NCBI GenBank assembly: GCA_034679345.1
Contig: JAXDAY010000015.1
Span: 82,631-146,630, forward strand
Length of the DNA stretch: 64,000 bases
DNA from: Candidatus Eiseniibacteriota bacterium
Lineage (GTDB): Bacteria > Eisenbacteria > RBG-16-71-46 > CAIMUX01 > VGJL01
Direction: 5' to 3'
The translations under genes and the position numbers were made by a program. This document shows, in pieces, positions 1-8,532 of this stretch. The notes beneath the pieces were generated by a model, which saw only the letters and a program-made list of their open reading frames with translations, had not been told where the DNA came from and searched no databases. The first letter of the stretch is position 1. Every line of letters starts with the position of its first letter.

Positions 1-362
1 AGGAACGTCCCCGCGACCGAGAGACGCTCCAGGACGCGCTGACGCGCGAAGTAGAAGTCGGTTCGGTCCTCGAAGATGATGTTGATCATCGAGAAGTTGA
101 ACTCGGAGGTCGACCGCACGGCCTTGACTCCCGCGAGCCCCTGCAGGTTCACCGAGAGGGGGTAGGTCACCTGGTCCTCGATCTCCTGCGGGCTTCTCCC
201 CATCCAGTCGGCAAAGACGATCACCTGGTTCTCGGAGAGATCGGGAATGGCGTCGATGGGGGTCCTCGCGAGGCTATAGAGGCCCCAGAGCGCGACGCCC
301 ACCGTGATCATGATCACGACGAAGCGGTTGTGGACCGAGTACTCGATGATCCGCTCAATCAT
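1..362 (-). CDS. HME-type RND efflux permease (CusA/CzcA family), N-terminal fragment; the gene runs off the left edge
   Basis: Hand translation of the minus strand from ATG (complement of 360-362) gives [69 protein letters not shown], a typical CusA/CzcA N-terminus. The start overlaps the adaptor stop (ATGATTGA). It is the third gene in OMF-MFP-RND order. Confidence 0.85.
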   Translation of the reverse strand, partial: MIERIIEYSVHNRFVVIMITVGVALWGLYSLARTPIDAIPDLSENQVIVFADWMGRSPQEIEDQVTYPLSVNLQGLAGVKAVRSTSEFNFSMINIIFEDRTDFYFARQRVLERLSVAGTF

Positions 363-1872
363 GATCGTGCGGGGTCCTCGAGTCCGCTCCGTTGGGGCTC
401 CCGCTCGCGCCGAAATAGGCGCTCGCGGCGCCTGGATTCAAGCGAAGCTCGGCGTCGACGAGGAACGCTCCGGCGGTGACGATCCTATCGCCCGGAGCGA
501 GTCCCCCACGGACTGGATAGTGGCCATCCTCGCGGGAGCCCAGATCGACCGCCACCGCGTCGTAGACCCCCGGCTCGCGTTCGAGATACACGACCTTGCG
601 CGTCCCCGTGTCGATCACGGCCGATTCCGGCACCACGAGCGCGGTCCCCGCGGGAGCGGATTCGACCCGTTCGAGGAACATTCCGCACTTGGGGCATCGC
701 CCCGGCCCGGTCTGCACGACCTCCGGATGCATGGGGCAGATGTATCGCGCATCCGCTTGTTCCGATCGGATACCGACCCCGGACTCCGTGGCGATCTCCG
801 CATCGACATACATCCCGGGCCGCAGGGCCCCGCCCGGGTTCGCCACGTCCGCGCGCACGCGCACGGTCCGCGTCCCCTCGTCCACGACCGGCCAGATGAA
901 CGCCACCTCTCCGGCGAAGACCCGATCCGGGAGGGCGCGGGTCGTGACCCGAACCCCTGCGCCGATTTTCACTCGGGCAATCTCGTTCTCGTAGAGGTGC
1001 GCCGTGATCCAGACGGATGAGAGATCGGCCACGGTGTAGAGCAGAGCGCCCTCCTCCACGTACTGCCCCGCCACGACCTGCTTCTCGACGACCGTTCCCG
1101 CGATCGGCGATCGGATCGGAAGCCTCGTCATCGGAGTCCCGCGAGCCTCGATCTCGGCGATCTGGTCGTCCCCGATCCCCCAGAGCCTCAGGCGCTCCCG
1201 CGCGGCGTCGAAGATCGCCTTCGCATCGCTTGCGGGGAGCGGCCCGGCGCCGGAGAGATCCTCGTAGCTTCGAAGCGCCAGCAGATACTCCTGCTGCGCG
1301 GAAACCAGCTCGGGACTGTAGATCTCCAGAAGCGCTTCATGGCGCGAAACGGTCTCCCCCGTGAAGTCGACGTGGAGCTTCTCGATCCGTCCCGGAATCC
1401 TCGATGAAATGCGCGCCAGCCTTCGCTCGTCGAGCTCGATCGTCCCAACCGCGCGGATCGACGAGGAGAGCGAGCGGAATCCGACCTCGGAGGTGCCGAC
1501 GCCCGCAAGCTGGATCCTGTGCGGCGAGAGCTGGACTCGTCCCAGGACTCCCTCCGGGAGCGCCGGCTTCTCGCCGCGTCTCCTCTGTGTGAGCGGCATG
1601 CCGCAAATGGGGCAGTTCCCCTGCTCAGCGCGCACGACGCTCGGGTGCATTGGGCAGTAGTACTCGTAGGCCGAAGCCGTCGAATCGGCGCCGCGCTCCC
1701 CCCGACCCAGACGTTCGACGCGCGCGACGATCGCGTCCCACTGCGCGGCGACGAGCCCCACCGCGACCATGAGGAGGATGAAGCGCAATCTCACATTGAG
1801 GACCTTCAAAGCCGTGACGATCCGGCCTCTGCGACCCTGACGCGTCCGGTTCCGCATCTCATCCATCGACAT
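355..1872 (-). CDS. Efflux RND periplasmic adaptor (CusB/CzcB-like membrane fusion protein) carrying two CPxH...CPxCGM heavy-metal-binding modules
   Basis: 505-aa ORF with an N-terminal TM helix, lipoyl/beta-barrel-like MFP core motifs ([29 protein letters not shown]) and [22 protein letters not shown] plus [22 protein letters not shown]. It overlaps both neighbouring genes. Confidence 0.9.
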   Translation of the reverse strand: MSMDEMRNRTRQGRRGRIVTALKVLNVRLRFILLMVAVGLVAAQWDAIVARVERLGRGERGADSTASAYEYYCPMHPSVVRAEQGNCPICGMPLTQRRRGEKPALPEGVLGRVQLSPHRIQLAGVGTSEVGFRSLSSSIRAVGTIELDERRLARISSRIPGRIEKLHVDFTGETVSRHEALLEIYSPELVSAQQEYLLALRSYEDLSGAGPLPASDAKAIFDAARERLRLWGIGDDQIAEIEARGTPMTRLPIRSPIAGTVVEKQVVAGQYVEEGALLYTVADLSSVWITAHLYENEIARVKIGAGVRVTTRALPDRVFAGEVAFIWPVVDEGTRTVRVRADVANPGGALRPGMYVDAEIATESGVGIRSEQADARYICPMHPEVVQTGPGRCPKCGMFLERVESAPAGTALVVPESAVIDTGTRKVVYLEREPGVYDAVAVDLGSREDGHYPVRGGLAPGDRIVTAGAFLVDAELRLNPGAASAYFGASGSPNGADSRTPHDHD

Positions 1873-3148
1873 CAGCTCCTTCCAGCGCCCGATCCCCCAT
1901 CGCGAGACGAAGCCTCGCGCTTCGATCGAGAAACTCGGCGACCGCCTCCTCGTGCGCGAGACGCGCCCGGAGCAACGAGCGCCGCGCGTCCAGGAAATCC
2001 AGGAACGCGGCCTTCCCGGTTTCGTACGCCGAGCGGGTGGACTCGAGGGAGGTCAACGCGCGCGGGATCACCTGCGTCCGATAGAGGGTCATCTCGCGAC
2101 GGGCCGCGAGCGCTTCCGACAGGAGGGAGCGGGCGGTCGCGACCGCCTCATTCGTCGATCGCCGCGTCTCTTCCTTCGCGGCGTCGAGGTCCTGTTCCGC
2201 CGCCCTGCGCGTGGGCGCGACCTTGTTCCACCTCCAGATCGGGAGTCGTACCTCGATCATCCCCATCCACGAATCGGGCATTCCCCGCTCCGCCATGTAC
2301 TCGAAGCCGACTCCGAGATCAGGCCACCCCTCTTTCCGGGCAAGGCCCAGCGCTTGGGAGCTCCGCCTCTCGGCGCGCTTGGAGAAGAGCACATTGGGTT
2401 GATCGCGCTCGACGCGACGGTCGAGGGAGTCGAGCGACGGGGAATGGAAAGTCGTATCGGGTCGCGTAGTTCGTATCGACGCATCGGGCGCACGGCCCAG
2501 GAGCTCGTTGATCCTCGCCCTCCACGCGGGAATCTGATCGCGCAACACGGCGGATCGCATCCTGGACTCGGCGAGCTCGACTTGCATGCGAAGCAGTTCG
2601 GCTTGCTGCGTCTCGCCGACCTGGTAGCGAACGAGCGCCGCCTCGGCTAGCGCTTCCAGAGACCGGGAGTCTTCCTCGAGGATGCGGATCGACGACTCGA
2701 TCGCGGCGAGCTGGGCGTAGGCCCCGCGCAGATCCGCGGCCACTTCGAGGCGAGCGCGGTCCCGCGCAGCCCGCGCCATTTCCGCTTCCTCCGCAGCCAT
2801 TCCTCGCATACGCCCCTGCTTTCCGGGGAAGGGAAACATCTGCATGACTCCGAATCGCTGCGCCGCGGCCCTGCCGGGATCGGCGGAGTCGGAAGGAATT
2901 CGATCAAGGCGATAGGTGAGAACCGGATCCGGGAGGGCGCCGGCGGGGGCGATCCGTTCCCGCGCGGCGCCGGTTCGGGCGTCCATGGAGCGGATCTCCG
3001 GATTCGTCCGCATGGCTAGGGCGACGAGTGAGTCGACGGACTGGGCGCTGGCGCCCCCGACGGGAGCCAGCGCGAGCCCGCCCGCCAGGATGGCAATCCC
3101 CCGAGGCGTCAGGCGCACTGCCGGGAGAAGGATCTTCGACTGGGTCAT
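1859..3148 (-). CDS. TolC-family outer membrane efflux protein (CusC/CzcC-like)
   Basis: 429-aa ORF with a signal peptide (AILAGGLALAPVGGASAQS) and two long helical repeats typical of OMF proteins. It is the first gene of the three-gene efflux operon and overlaps the MFP start by 14 nt. Confidence 0.85.
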   Translation of the reverse strand: MTQSKILLPAVRLTPRGIAILAGGLALAPVGGASAQSVDSLVALAMRTNPEIRSMDARTGAARERIAPAGALPDPVLTYRLDRIPSDSADPGRAAAQRFGVMQMFPFPGKQGRMRGMAAEEAEMARAARDRARLEVAADLRGAYAQLAAIESSIRILEEDSRSLEALAEAALVRYQVGETQQAELLRMQVELAESRMRSAVLRDQIPAWRARINELLGRAPDASIRTTRPDTTFHSPSLDSLDRRVERDQPNVLFSKRAERRSSQALGLARKEGWPDLGVGFEYMAERGMPDSWMGMIEVRLPIWRWNKVAPTRRAAEQDLDAAKEETRRSTNEAVATARSLLSEALAARREMTLYRTQVIPRALTSLESTRSAYETGKAAFLDFLDARRSLLRARLAHEEAVAEFLDRSARLRLAMGDRALEGADVDG

Positions 3149-3160
3149 GGTCCTGCTTGG

Positions 3161-3176
3161 AGCACGGGACGTGCCA
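3161..3176 (-). promoter_or_regulatory. Candidate sigma-54 (-24/-12) promoter of the efflux operon
   Basis: The minus strand reads TGGCAC-GTCCC-GTGCT against the consensus TGGCAC-N5-TTGCW, with GG and GC correctly spaced. It lies 13 nt upstream of the OMF ATG. An NtrC-class activator is encoded divergently. Confidence 0.5.
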
Positions 3177-3413
3177 CAAGGATGTCTTGACGCCTTCTGG
3201 GTCTAGTTGCTTATATCACAATCAGTTAGAACATGGGATCGACAGTCGCCTCTGCGCCGGCTCGCCGGCATCGGAGAACATTCTTCACTTCTCTTTCGAG
3301 TTGTTGAATAGTCTTCAATAGATTGAGGAGTTGTTCATGAACCTGTTGCCCCCTCCGCACCGCTGCCGCCGCGGCCCAATCCTGCTGATTCGCCGCGGCA
3401 GCGAGACGGGCCA

Positions 3414-4505
3414 TTGAAGCCGGAGACGACACCGCCGGGCGCCCGCTCGAGGGCGCGGATCTTCGATGGCCTGGTCGTCGTCGCGATTGTGGGGATCTCG
3501 ATCCTCCACTATGTCGCTCCGCCTCACGCCCATCATCTCCATGACATCTACCGCCGCCTGTATTACCTGCCGATCATCTTCGGCGCCTTCCGGCACGGGT
3601 GGAGGGGCGGGCTCGCCGCCGCCGCGCTGGTCTGCGGGGCATATATCCCACACGCTTTCGGGCACATCTCGCACGACCCAGCGAGCGACACGCAGAAGAT
3701 CCTCGAGATGGTCCTCTACTTCGCCGTGGGGACCACGACCGGCGTTCTCGTCTCCAGGCTCAAGCGGACGCAAAGCGATCTCCAGCGCAGCATCGTGCAG
3801 CTCCGCTCGACCGAGGAGCAGCTCGTCCACACGGCGAAGCTCGCCGCGGTCGGCCGCCTCTCGGCCGGGCTGGCTCACGAGATTCGAAATCCCCTCGCTT
3901 CGATCAAGGGATCGGCGGAGATTCTCGCCGATGACTTCCCCACCGGCCATGCGAAACGCCGCCTGCTCGATCTCCTTGTGGGGGAATCGGTGCGCTTGAA
4001 CGAGGTGCTGACCCGATTCCTCGCCTTCGCGCGCCCGCGGAGTCTCGACAGACAGACCTTTGCCGCGGAGGCCGACATCGCCGAAGTGCTCACCCTGCTC
4101 GCGGGGCAGGAAGAGGGGCGATCGATCCGATTCGATTTCGCCGGGCCATCCGCTCCTTCCATCCTCGTGACCGCCGACCGGGAGCAGTTCCGGCAGGTCC
4201 TCCTGAACATCCTCCTCAACGCGTGCCAGGCCTCCGGCGCCGGCGGGACTGTCCGCATCCGGTGCGCGCGCTCACCGCAGGTCTTCCACCTCCGCGTCGA
4301 GGACTCGGGTCCCGGATTCACGGCCGAGGCGATCGAGAACGCCTTCACCCCGTTCTTCACGACGAAGAGCCAAGGGACCGGTCTCGGCCTCGCAATCTCA
4401 CATCGGATCATCGAGGCCCACGGGGGGCGGATCCGAGTCATGAACGCCGCAGGAGGAGGCGGCGTGGTGGAGATCGACATCCCCACGGAGAAGCTCGATG
4501 GCTAG
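3414..4505 (+). CDS. Membrane sensor histidine kinase (HisKA + HATPase_c), partner of the sigma-54 activator
   Basis: Four predicted N-terminal TM segments, H-box LAHEIRNPLASI, N box LLNILLNACQA, G1 DSGPGF and G2 GTGLGLAI. It has a TTG start and overlaps the downstream response regulator by 8 nt. Confidence 0.85.
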   Translation: MKPETTPPGARSRARIFDGLVVVAIVGISILHYVAPPHAHHLHDIYRRLYYLPIIFGAFRHGWRGGLAAAALVCGAYIPHAFGHISHDPASDTQKILEMVLYFAVGTTTGVLVSRLKRTQSDLQRSIVQLRSTEEQLVHTAKLAAVGRLSAGLAHEIRNPLASIKGSAEILADDFPTGHAKRRLLDLLVGESVRLNEVLTRFLAFARPRSLDRQTFAAEADIAEVLTLLAGQEEGRSIRFDFAGPSAPSILVTADREQFRQVLLNILLNACQASGAGGTVRIRCARSPQVFHLRVEDSGPGFTAEAIENAFTPFFTTKSQGTGLGLAISHRIIEAHGGRIRVMNAAGGGGVVEIDIPTEKLDG

Positions 4506-5850
4506 GGTCCTTCTCGTCGACGACGATCCGAGCCTCCGGGAGGTCCTCGCATTCACGCTGCGGGAGGGCGGCCACGAAGTCGTTCTCGCCGGAGGGGGCG
4601 AGGAGGGGCTCGCGGCCATGGAGACCTCCCGTCCCGAGGTCGTCATCACCGATCTCAAGATGCCCGGGATCGACGGACTGCAGCTGCTCGAACGCGTGCG
4701 CGCGATCGATCCGGCGATTCCCGTCATTCTGCTCACCGCGTTCGGCTCGATCGAGGATGCGGTCGAGGCAATGAAGCGCGGTGCCCACGACTACCTCACG
4801 AAGCCGTATAACAGGGAGGAGTTGAAGGTCGCGATCGATCAGGCGCTCGAACGGCGCCGTCTCCTCATCGAGAACCGGGAGCTGCGGAGCCGACTCCGCG
4901 AACAGACGCGCCGGATCGACATCGTCCACGCCTCCGAGGCCATGACGCGCATCCTCGAGATCGTCCGGAGGATCGCTCCCACCGATGCGACCGTCCTCCT
5001 GACGGGCGAATCGGGAACCGGCAAGGAGGTCATCGCCCATGCGATCCATGCGGAATCGGACCGATGGGAGCGGCCCTTCGTCGCCGTCAACTGCGCCGCG
5101 ATTCCCAAGGATCTGATCGAGTCGGAGCTCTTCGGCTATGTGCGGGGAGCCTTCACGGGCGCGGTCAAGGACAAGCCGGGGAAGTTCCAGCGCGCCGACG
5201 GGGGGAGTCTCTTCCTCGATGAGATCGCCGATCTGCCGGCGGAGCTTCAGACGAAGCTCCTGAGGGCGATCGAGACGCGCCAAGTCGATCCTCTGGGATC
5301 CTCGAAGGCGGTGGACGTCGATGTGCGTCTCATCGCGGCGACGAACGCCGATCTCGATCAGCATGTGCGGGAAGGGACCTTTCGCAGCGACCTCTACTAC
5401 CGCCTCAATGTGATCCCGATTCGGATCCCTCCGCTCCGGGATCGACCCGACGATATCCCGGCGCTCTGGGACCATTTCGCTCGACGCTATGCGGGCGACT
5501 CGCCTGTGCGGACCTCCCCCGAGCTCCTCCAGACCCTCATGCAGCTTCCCTGGCCCGGGAACGTGCGCGAGCTGGCGAACTTGGCGCAACGGATGGTCCT
5601 TCTCCGGAGATCCGATCGGCTCGACCGCGACGACCTCCCCTCCGACCTGAGTCCTCCGCCGCATCGCGGAGGGCCTGATGAGTTCCTGGGTCCCCTCCCT
5701 GAGACGGGGCTCCCGTTGTTCGAGCTGGAGCGTGAAGTCATCGTCCGCGCCCTGGCGAAATATGGGGGGAATCGGACCCGGACCGCCGAGTACCTTGGAA
5801 TCCCCAGACATGTCTTGAATTACCGCCTCGAGAAGTTCGGCATCGAGTGA
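4498..5850 (+). CDS. Sigma-54-dependent response regulator (NtrC/ZraR class enhancer-binding protein)
   Basis: Receiver domain (VLLVDDD...ITDLKMPG), AAA+ Walker A GESGTGKE, sigma-54 contact loop GAFTGA and a C-terminal Fis-type HTH (RTAEYLGIPRHVLNYRLEKFGI). Confidence 0.95.
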   Translation: MARVLLVDDDPSLREVLAFTLREGGHEVVLAGGGEEGLAAMETSRPEVVITDLKMPGIDGLQLLERVRAIDPAIPVILLTAFGSIEDAVEAMKRGAHDYLTKPYNREELKVAIDQALERRRLLIENRELRSRLREQTRRIDIVHASEAMTRILEIVRRIAPTDATVLLTGESGTGKEVIAHAIHAESDRWERPFVAVNCAAIPKDLIESELFGYVRGAFTGAVKDKPGKFQRADGGSLFLDEIADLPAELQTKLLRAIETRQVDPLGSSKAVDVDVRLIAATNADLDQHVREGTFRSDLYYRLNVIPIRIPPLRDRPDDIPALWDHFARRYAGDSPVRTSPELLQTLMQLPWPGNVRELANLAQRMVLLRRSDRLDRDDLPSDLSPPPHRGGPDEFLGPLPETGLPLFELEREVIVRALAKYGGNRTRTAEYLGIPRHVLNYRLEKFGIE

Positions 5851-5936
5851 GACGCTGCGCACCAGACGAACGCGACCGGCCTGCAGCCAGGCGGCTGAGC
5901 CCGTCAAGGAGCGGTATGTCCCGGAAAGGAATGGCC

Positions 5937-6206
5937 ATGAACCGGAAACGGCTGGGGAGAGCCGGACTCCTGCTCATGATTCCCATGGTCCTCGCATCGT
6001 GCTCGGATGACGACGACAAGGACACCGGAGGACCAGAATCGGCGCAGCTTCGCATCAGCGACATCAGCTGGTCGCCGGCGGACCCGAGCGAGAATCAGCC
6101 GATCACCGTCCGCTTCATCGAGGCCTGCGCCGACATCACGAACCTCGTCCCCGAATCGGCCGAGAACGACAACTGCGACACGGCGAACCTCATCGTTCAG
6201 CCCTGA
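5937..6206 (+). CDS. Small acidic lipoprotein, function unknown
   Basis: An internal ATG of ORF 5847..6206 gives MNRKRLGRAGLLLMIPMVLASC with a lipobox (LASC) followed by SDDDDKD. It lies just downstream of the two-component operon. Confidence 0.5.
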   Translation: MNRKRLGRAGLLLMIPMVLASCSDDDDKDTGGPESAQLRISDISWSPADPSENQPITVRFIEACADITNLVPESAENDNCDTANLIVQP

Positions 6207-6238
6207 GGAGTCCCCCTGCCGGGGATCGAGGTTCCATC

Positions 6239-7042
6239 ATGCACGGTTCCGATTACGATCAATCGCCACTGCTGGCCGAGTTCTACGACCAGGTGGTCCC
6301 TTACACGAATCGGCCCGACGTCCACTTCTACATTGAAGCCGCTCGAGAGGCGCGCGGCCCCGTGCTTGAGCTCGGCTGCGGTACGGGCCGGATCCTCCTA
6401 CCGACGGCCCGTGCGGGAGTCTCGATCGTCGGGCTCGATTCCTCCCGCTGGATGCTCGAGAGATGCCGCCTCCGAGTCGCCGAGGAGCCTCCCGATGTCC
6501 GGGCGCGGATCGAGCTCCAGGCGGGAGACATGAGGGACTTCGTGTCCGATCGCAGATTCGCCCTGATCACGATCCCTTTCCGCGCTTTCCAGCACCTGAT
6601 CGAGGTCGAGGATCAGATCGCATGCCTGGAAGCGGTCCGACGCGCTCTCGCGCCCGGCGGCAGGTTGATCCTCGATCTGTTCAACCCATCGATCCAGCGG
6701 CTCGCGGTCGATCCTGCGGCAACTCGCTTCGATCCCGAGGCCCCCTTCACCTTGCGGGATGGACGCACGGTCGTCCGCCACATTCGCATCCTCTCGCGGG
6801 AAATCTTCGCGCAGATCCAGGAGGTGGAGTTCCGTTACGAAGTCCGCCACCCCGACGGACGGCTCGAGGATGTCTTTCACAGCTTCCGCATGCGGTACCT
6901 GTTTCGCTACGAAGCGGAGCACCTGCTCGCCCGGTGCGGGTTCGGCGTCGAGGCCCTCTACGCCGACTACGAGAAACGCCCTCCCGGGTCGTGCGATCCG
7001 GGAGAGCTCGTCTTCGTCGCCAGGCACGCGGCTGAGATGTGA
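6239..7042 (+). CDS. Class I SAM-dependent methyltransferase
   Basis: Motif I VLELGCGTGR, the acidic loop VGLDSS and post-I/II motifs (LAPGGRLILD). Confidence 0.8.
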   Translation: MHGSDYDQSPLLAEFYDQVVPYTNRPDVHFYIEAAREARGPVLELGCGTGRILLPTARAGVSIVGLDSSRWMLERCRLRVAEEPPDVRARIELQAGDMRDFVSDRRFALITIPFRAFQHLIEVEDQIACLEAVRRALAPGGRLILDLFNPSIQRLAVDPAATRFDPEAPFTLRDGRTVVRHIRILSREIFAQIQEVEFRYEVRHPDGRLEDVFHSFRMRYLFRYEAEHLLARCGFGVEALYADYEKRPPGSCDPGELVFVARHAAEM

Positions 7043-7055
7043 CAGCCGTGGCGGA

Positions 7056-7316
7056 TCACCCGCCGCTCAGAGCCTGCAGGATTCGAACTTCGTCCGCGGG
7101 GGTGAGTCGCCTCGTGAGGTCCCTCGCCTCCTCGCGATTCACGAAGATACGCATGTGCGGACGGATCCGCTCCTGTTCGTCGATCATGCGAAACCGGATC
7201 CCAGGGTAGCGTCGATCAAGATCCGCAAGCAGCTCGGTCAGGTTCCGCCCCTCGGCCTCGACCTCGCCCCGGCCCTTCGTGTAAGACCGAAGCGGCGTCG
7301 GGATCCCGACTCTCAT
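7056..7316 (-). CDS. MoaD/ThiS/CysO-like beta-grasp sulfur-carrier/ubiquitin-fold protein ending in Gly-Gly
   Basis: 86 aa. The pattern V.IPT.LR.YT.G...V...G.L.EL...L...YPG...FVN....L...L...DEV.IL.A.SGG-stop resembles CysO/MoaD. There is a 4-nt overlap (ATGA) with the upstream BNR gene. Confidence 0.7.
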   Translation of the reverse strand: MRVGIPTPLRSYTKGRGEVEAEGRNLTELLADLDRRYPGIRFRMIDEQERIRPHMRIFVNREEARDLTRRLTPADEVRILQALSGG

Positions 7317-8488
7317 CGCGGAAGCTCCACCGCCTCGATGCTATAGATGTGAGGAAGATGCCTCGCGATACACTTCCAGCGCTTCCCCTCGTCCTTCGAG
7401 GCCCAGACTTCTCCGCTCGTCGTCCCGAAGTAGATCCCCACCGGATCGTGCGCGTCGGCGCTCATCGCCTGCCTCTTGACCGTGAACCAGGCCTGCCCCT
7501 CCGGCAGGCCCCCGTCGAGGCGCGCCCAGCTCTTTCCAGCGTTTCGGGTGCCATAGACCGCCGGCCGCCCCCCGGGGCTCACCCTGGGCCACACCTCGGT
7601 TCCGTCCATCGGGAACACCCAGGCCACATCCGGATCGCGCGGGTGGAGCACCATTGGAAAACCGATGTCGCCCACCTTCTTCGGCATCCTCGATCCGATC
7701 CTCACCCACGTGTCGCCCGGACGATCGAGCCTGTAGATGCCGCAGTGATTCTGTTGGTAGAGGCGATCCGGGTCGAGCGGGTGCAGCCGCACGCAGTGGG
7801 GGTCGTGCCCGTATTCGGTCGCGGGATCCGGGAGAAAGTCTGCGGCGCAGCCCTTGTTCAAGGGGCGCCAGTCCGCGCCGCCATCGACGCTCTCGAAGAC
7901 TCCGCCGCTCGACATCCCAATGTACAAGTGCCGCGCGTCGCGCGGATCGACGAGAATCGAGTGGAGCTTCGGGCCGTCGGGCGTCCCGTCCTTCTCTCCG
8001 CCCGTCCATCGCTCGCGCATCGGATGTTCGTTGAAGCCGTCGACTCCCTCCCAGGTCCTGCCGCCGTCCTCCGAGCGGAAGATCCCCTGCGGAGACGTCC
8101 CCGCGTACCATACACCCGGCTCGGATGCGTGCCCCGGCGTGAGCCAGAACACGTGATCGACGCTCCGGCCGTTCTCCCCTTCCGGCGCTTTGCGGAAGGC
8201 AGGCGGTTGCTCCGCCTCCTTCCAGGTGCGGCCGAAGTCCGCGGAGCGGAAGATCGTGGGACCGAGATGGCCGGTCTTCGCCGCGAGAAGGATCGTCTTT
8301 CGATCTCTCGGATCGAGCACGACGTGGTGGACGATGTTGCCCAGGAAGTGCGGACCCTGGATCTTCCAGGTCCTCCGGGCGGGGTCTCCCTTCAGCAGAA
8401 AGGCCCCCTTCCGGCTTCCGAGGAGAAGCGCGACTGCGCCATTGGCGATCTTGTGGGGTTGCGGGATGGGCACGAGGGTCCGGGCCAT
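7313..8488 (-). CDS. BNR/Asp-box repeat beta-propeller protein (sialidase-fold, function unknown)
   Basis: Five Asp-box-like motifs are present (SADFGRTW, SEDGGRTW, SVDGGADW, TRNAGKSW, SKDEGKRW). The start at ATG 8488 is chosen because AGGAGG lies 7 nt upstream; the ORF track begins at 8509. Confidence 0.8.
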   Translation of the reverse strand: MARTLVPIPQPHKIANGAVALLLGSRKGAFLLKGDPARRTWKIQGPHFLGNIVHHVVLDPRDRKTILLAAKTGHLGPTIFRSADFGRTWKEAEQPPAFRKAPEGENGRSVDHVFWLTPGHASEPGVWYAGTSPQGIFRSEDGGRTWEGVDGFNEHPMRERWTGGEKDGTPDGPKLHSILVDPRDARHLYIGMSSGGVFESVDGGADWRPLNKGCAADFLPDPATEYGHDPHCVRLHPLDPDRLYQQNHCGIYRLDRPGDTWVRIGSRMPKKVGDIGFPMVLHPRDPDVAWVFPMDGTEVWPRVSPGGRPAVYGTRNAGKSWARLDGGLPEGQAWFTVKRQAMSADAHDPVGIYFGTTSGEVWASKDEGKRWKCIARHLPHIYSIEAVELPR

Positions 8489-8532
8489 GCAGTTACCTCC
8501 TGGGGTCAACGTGTCTAGGACTGCGCGGCCGC

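Noticed and set aside
3226-3432. A 68-aa minus-strand ORF in the efflux/two-component spacer
   Set aside because: It has no RBS, its A/T-ending codon usage is atypical for this genome, it overlaps the kinase start and it spans the palindrome-rich control region. It is probably non-coding and is kept only as a note in a finding.
4438-5907. A 489-aa minus-strand ORF
   Set aside because: It is antisense to the NtrC-class regulator, whose Walker A, GAFTGA and HTH motifs leave no doubt about the coding strand.
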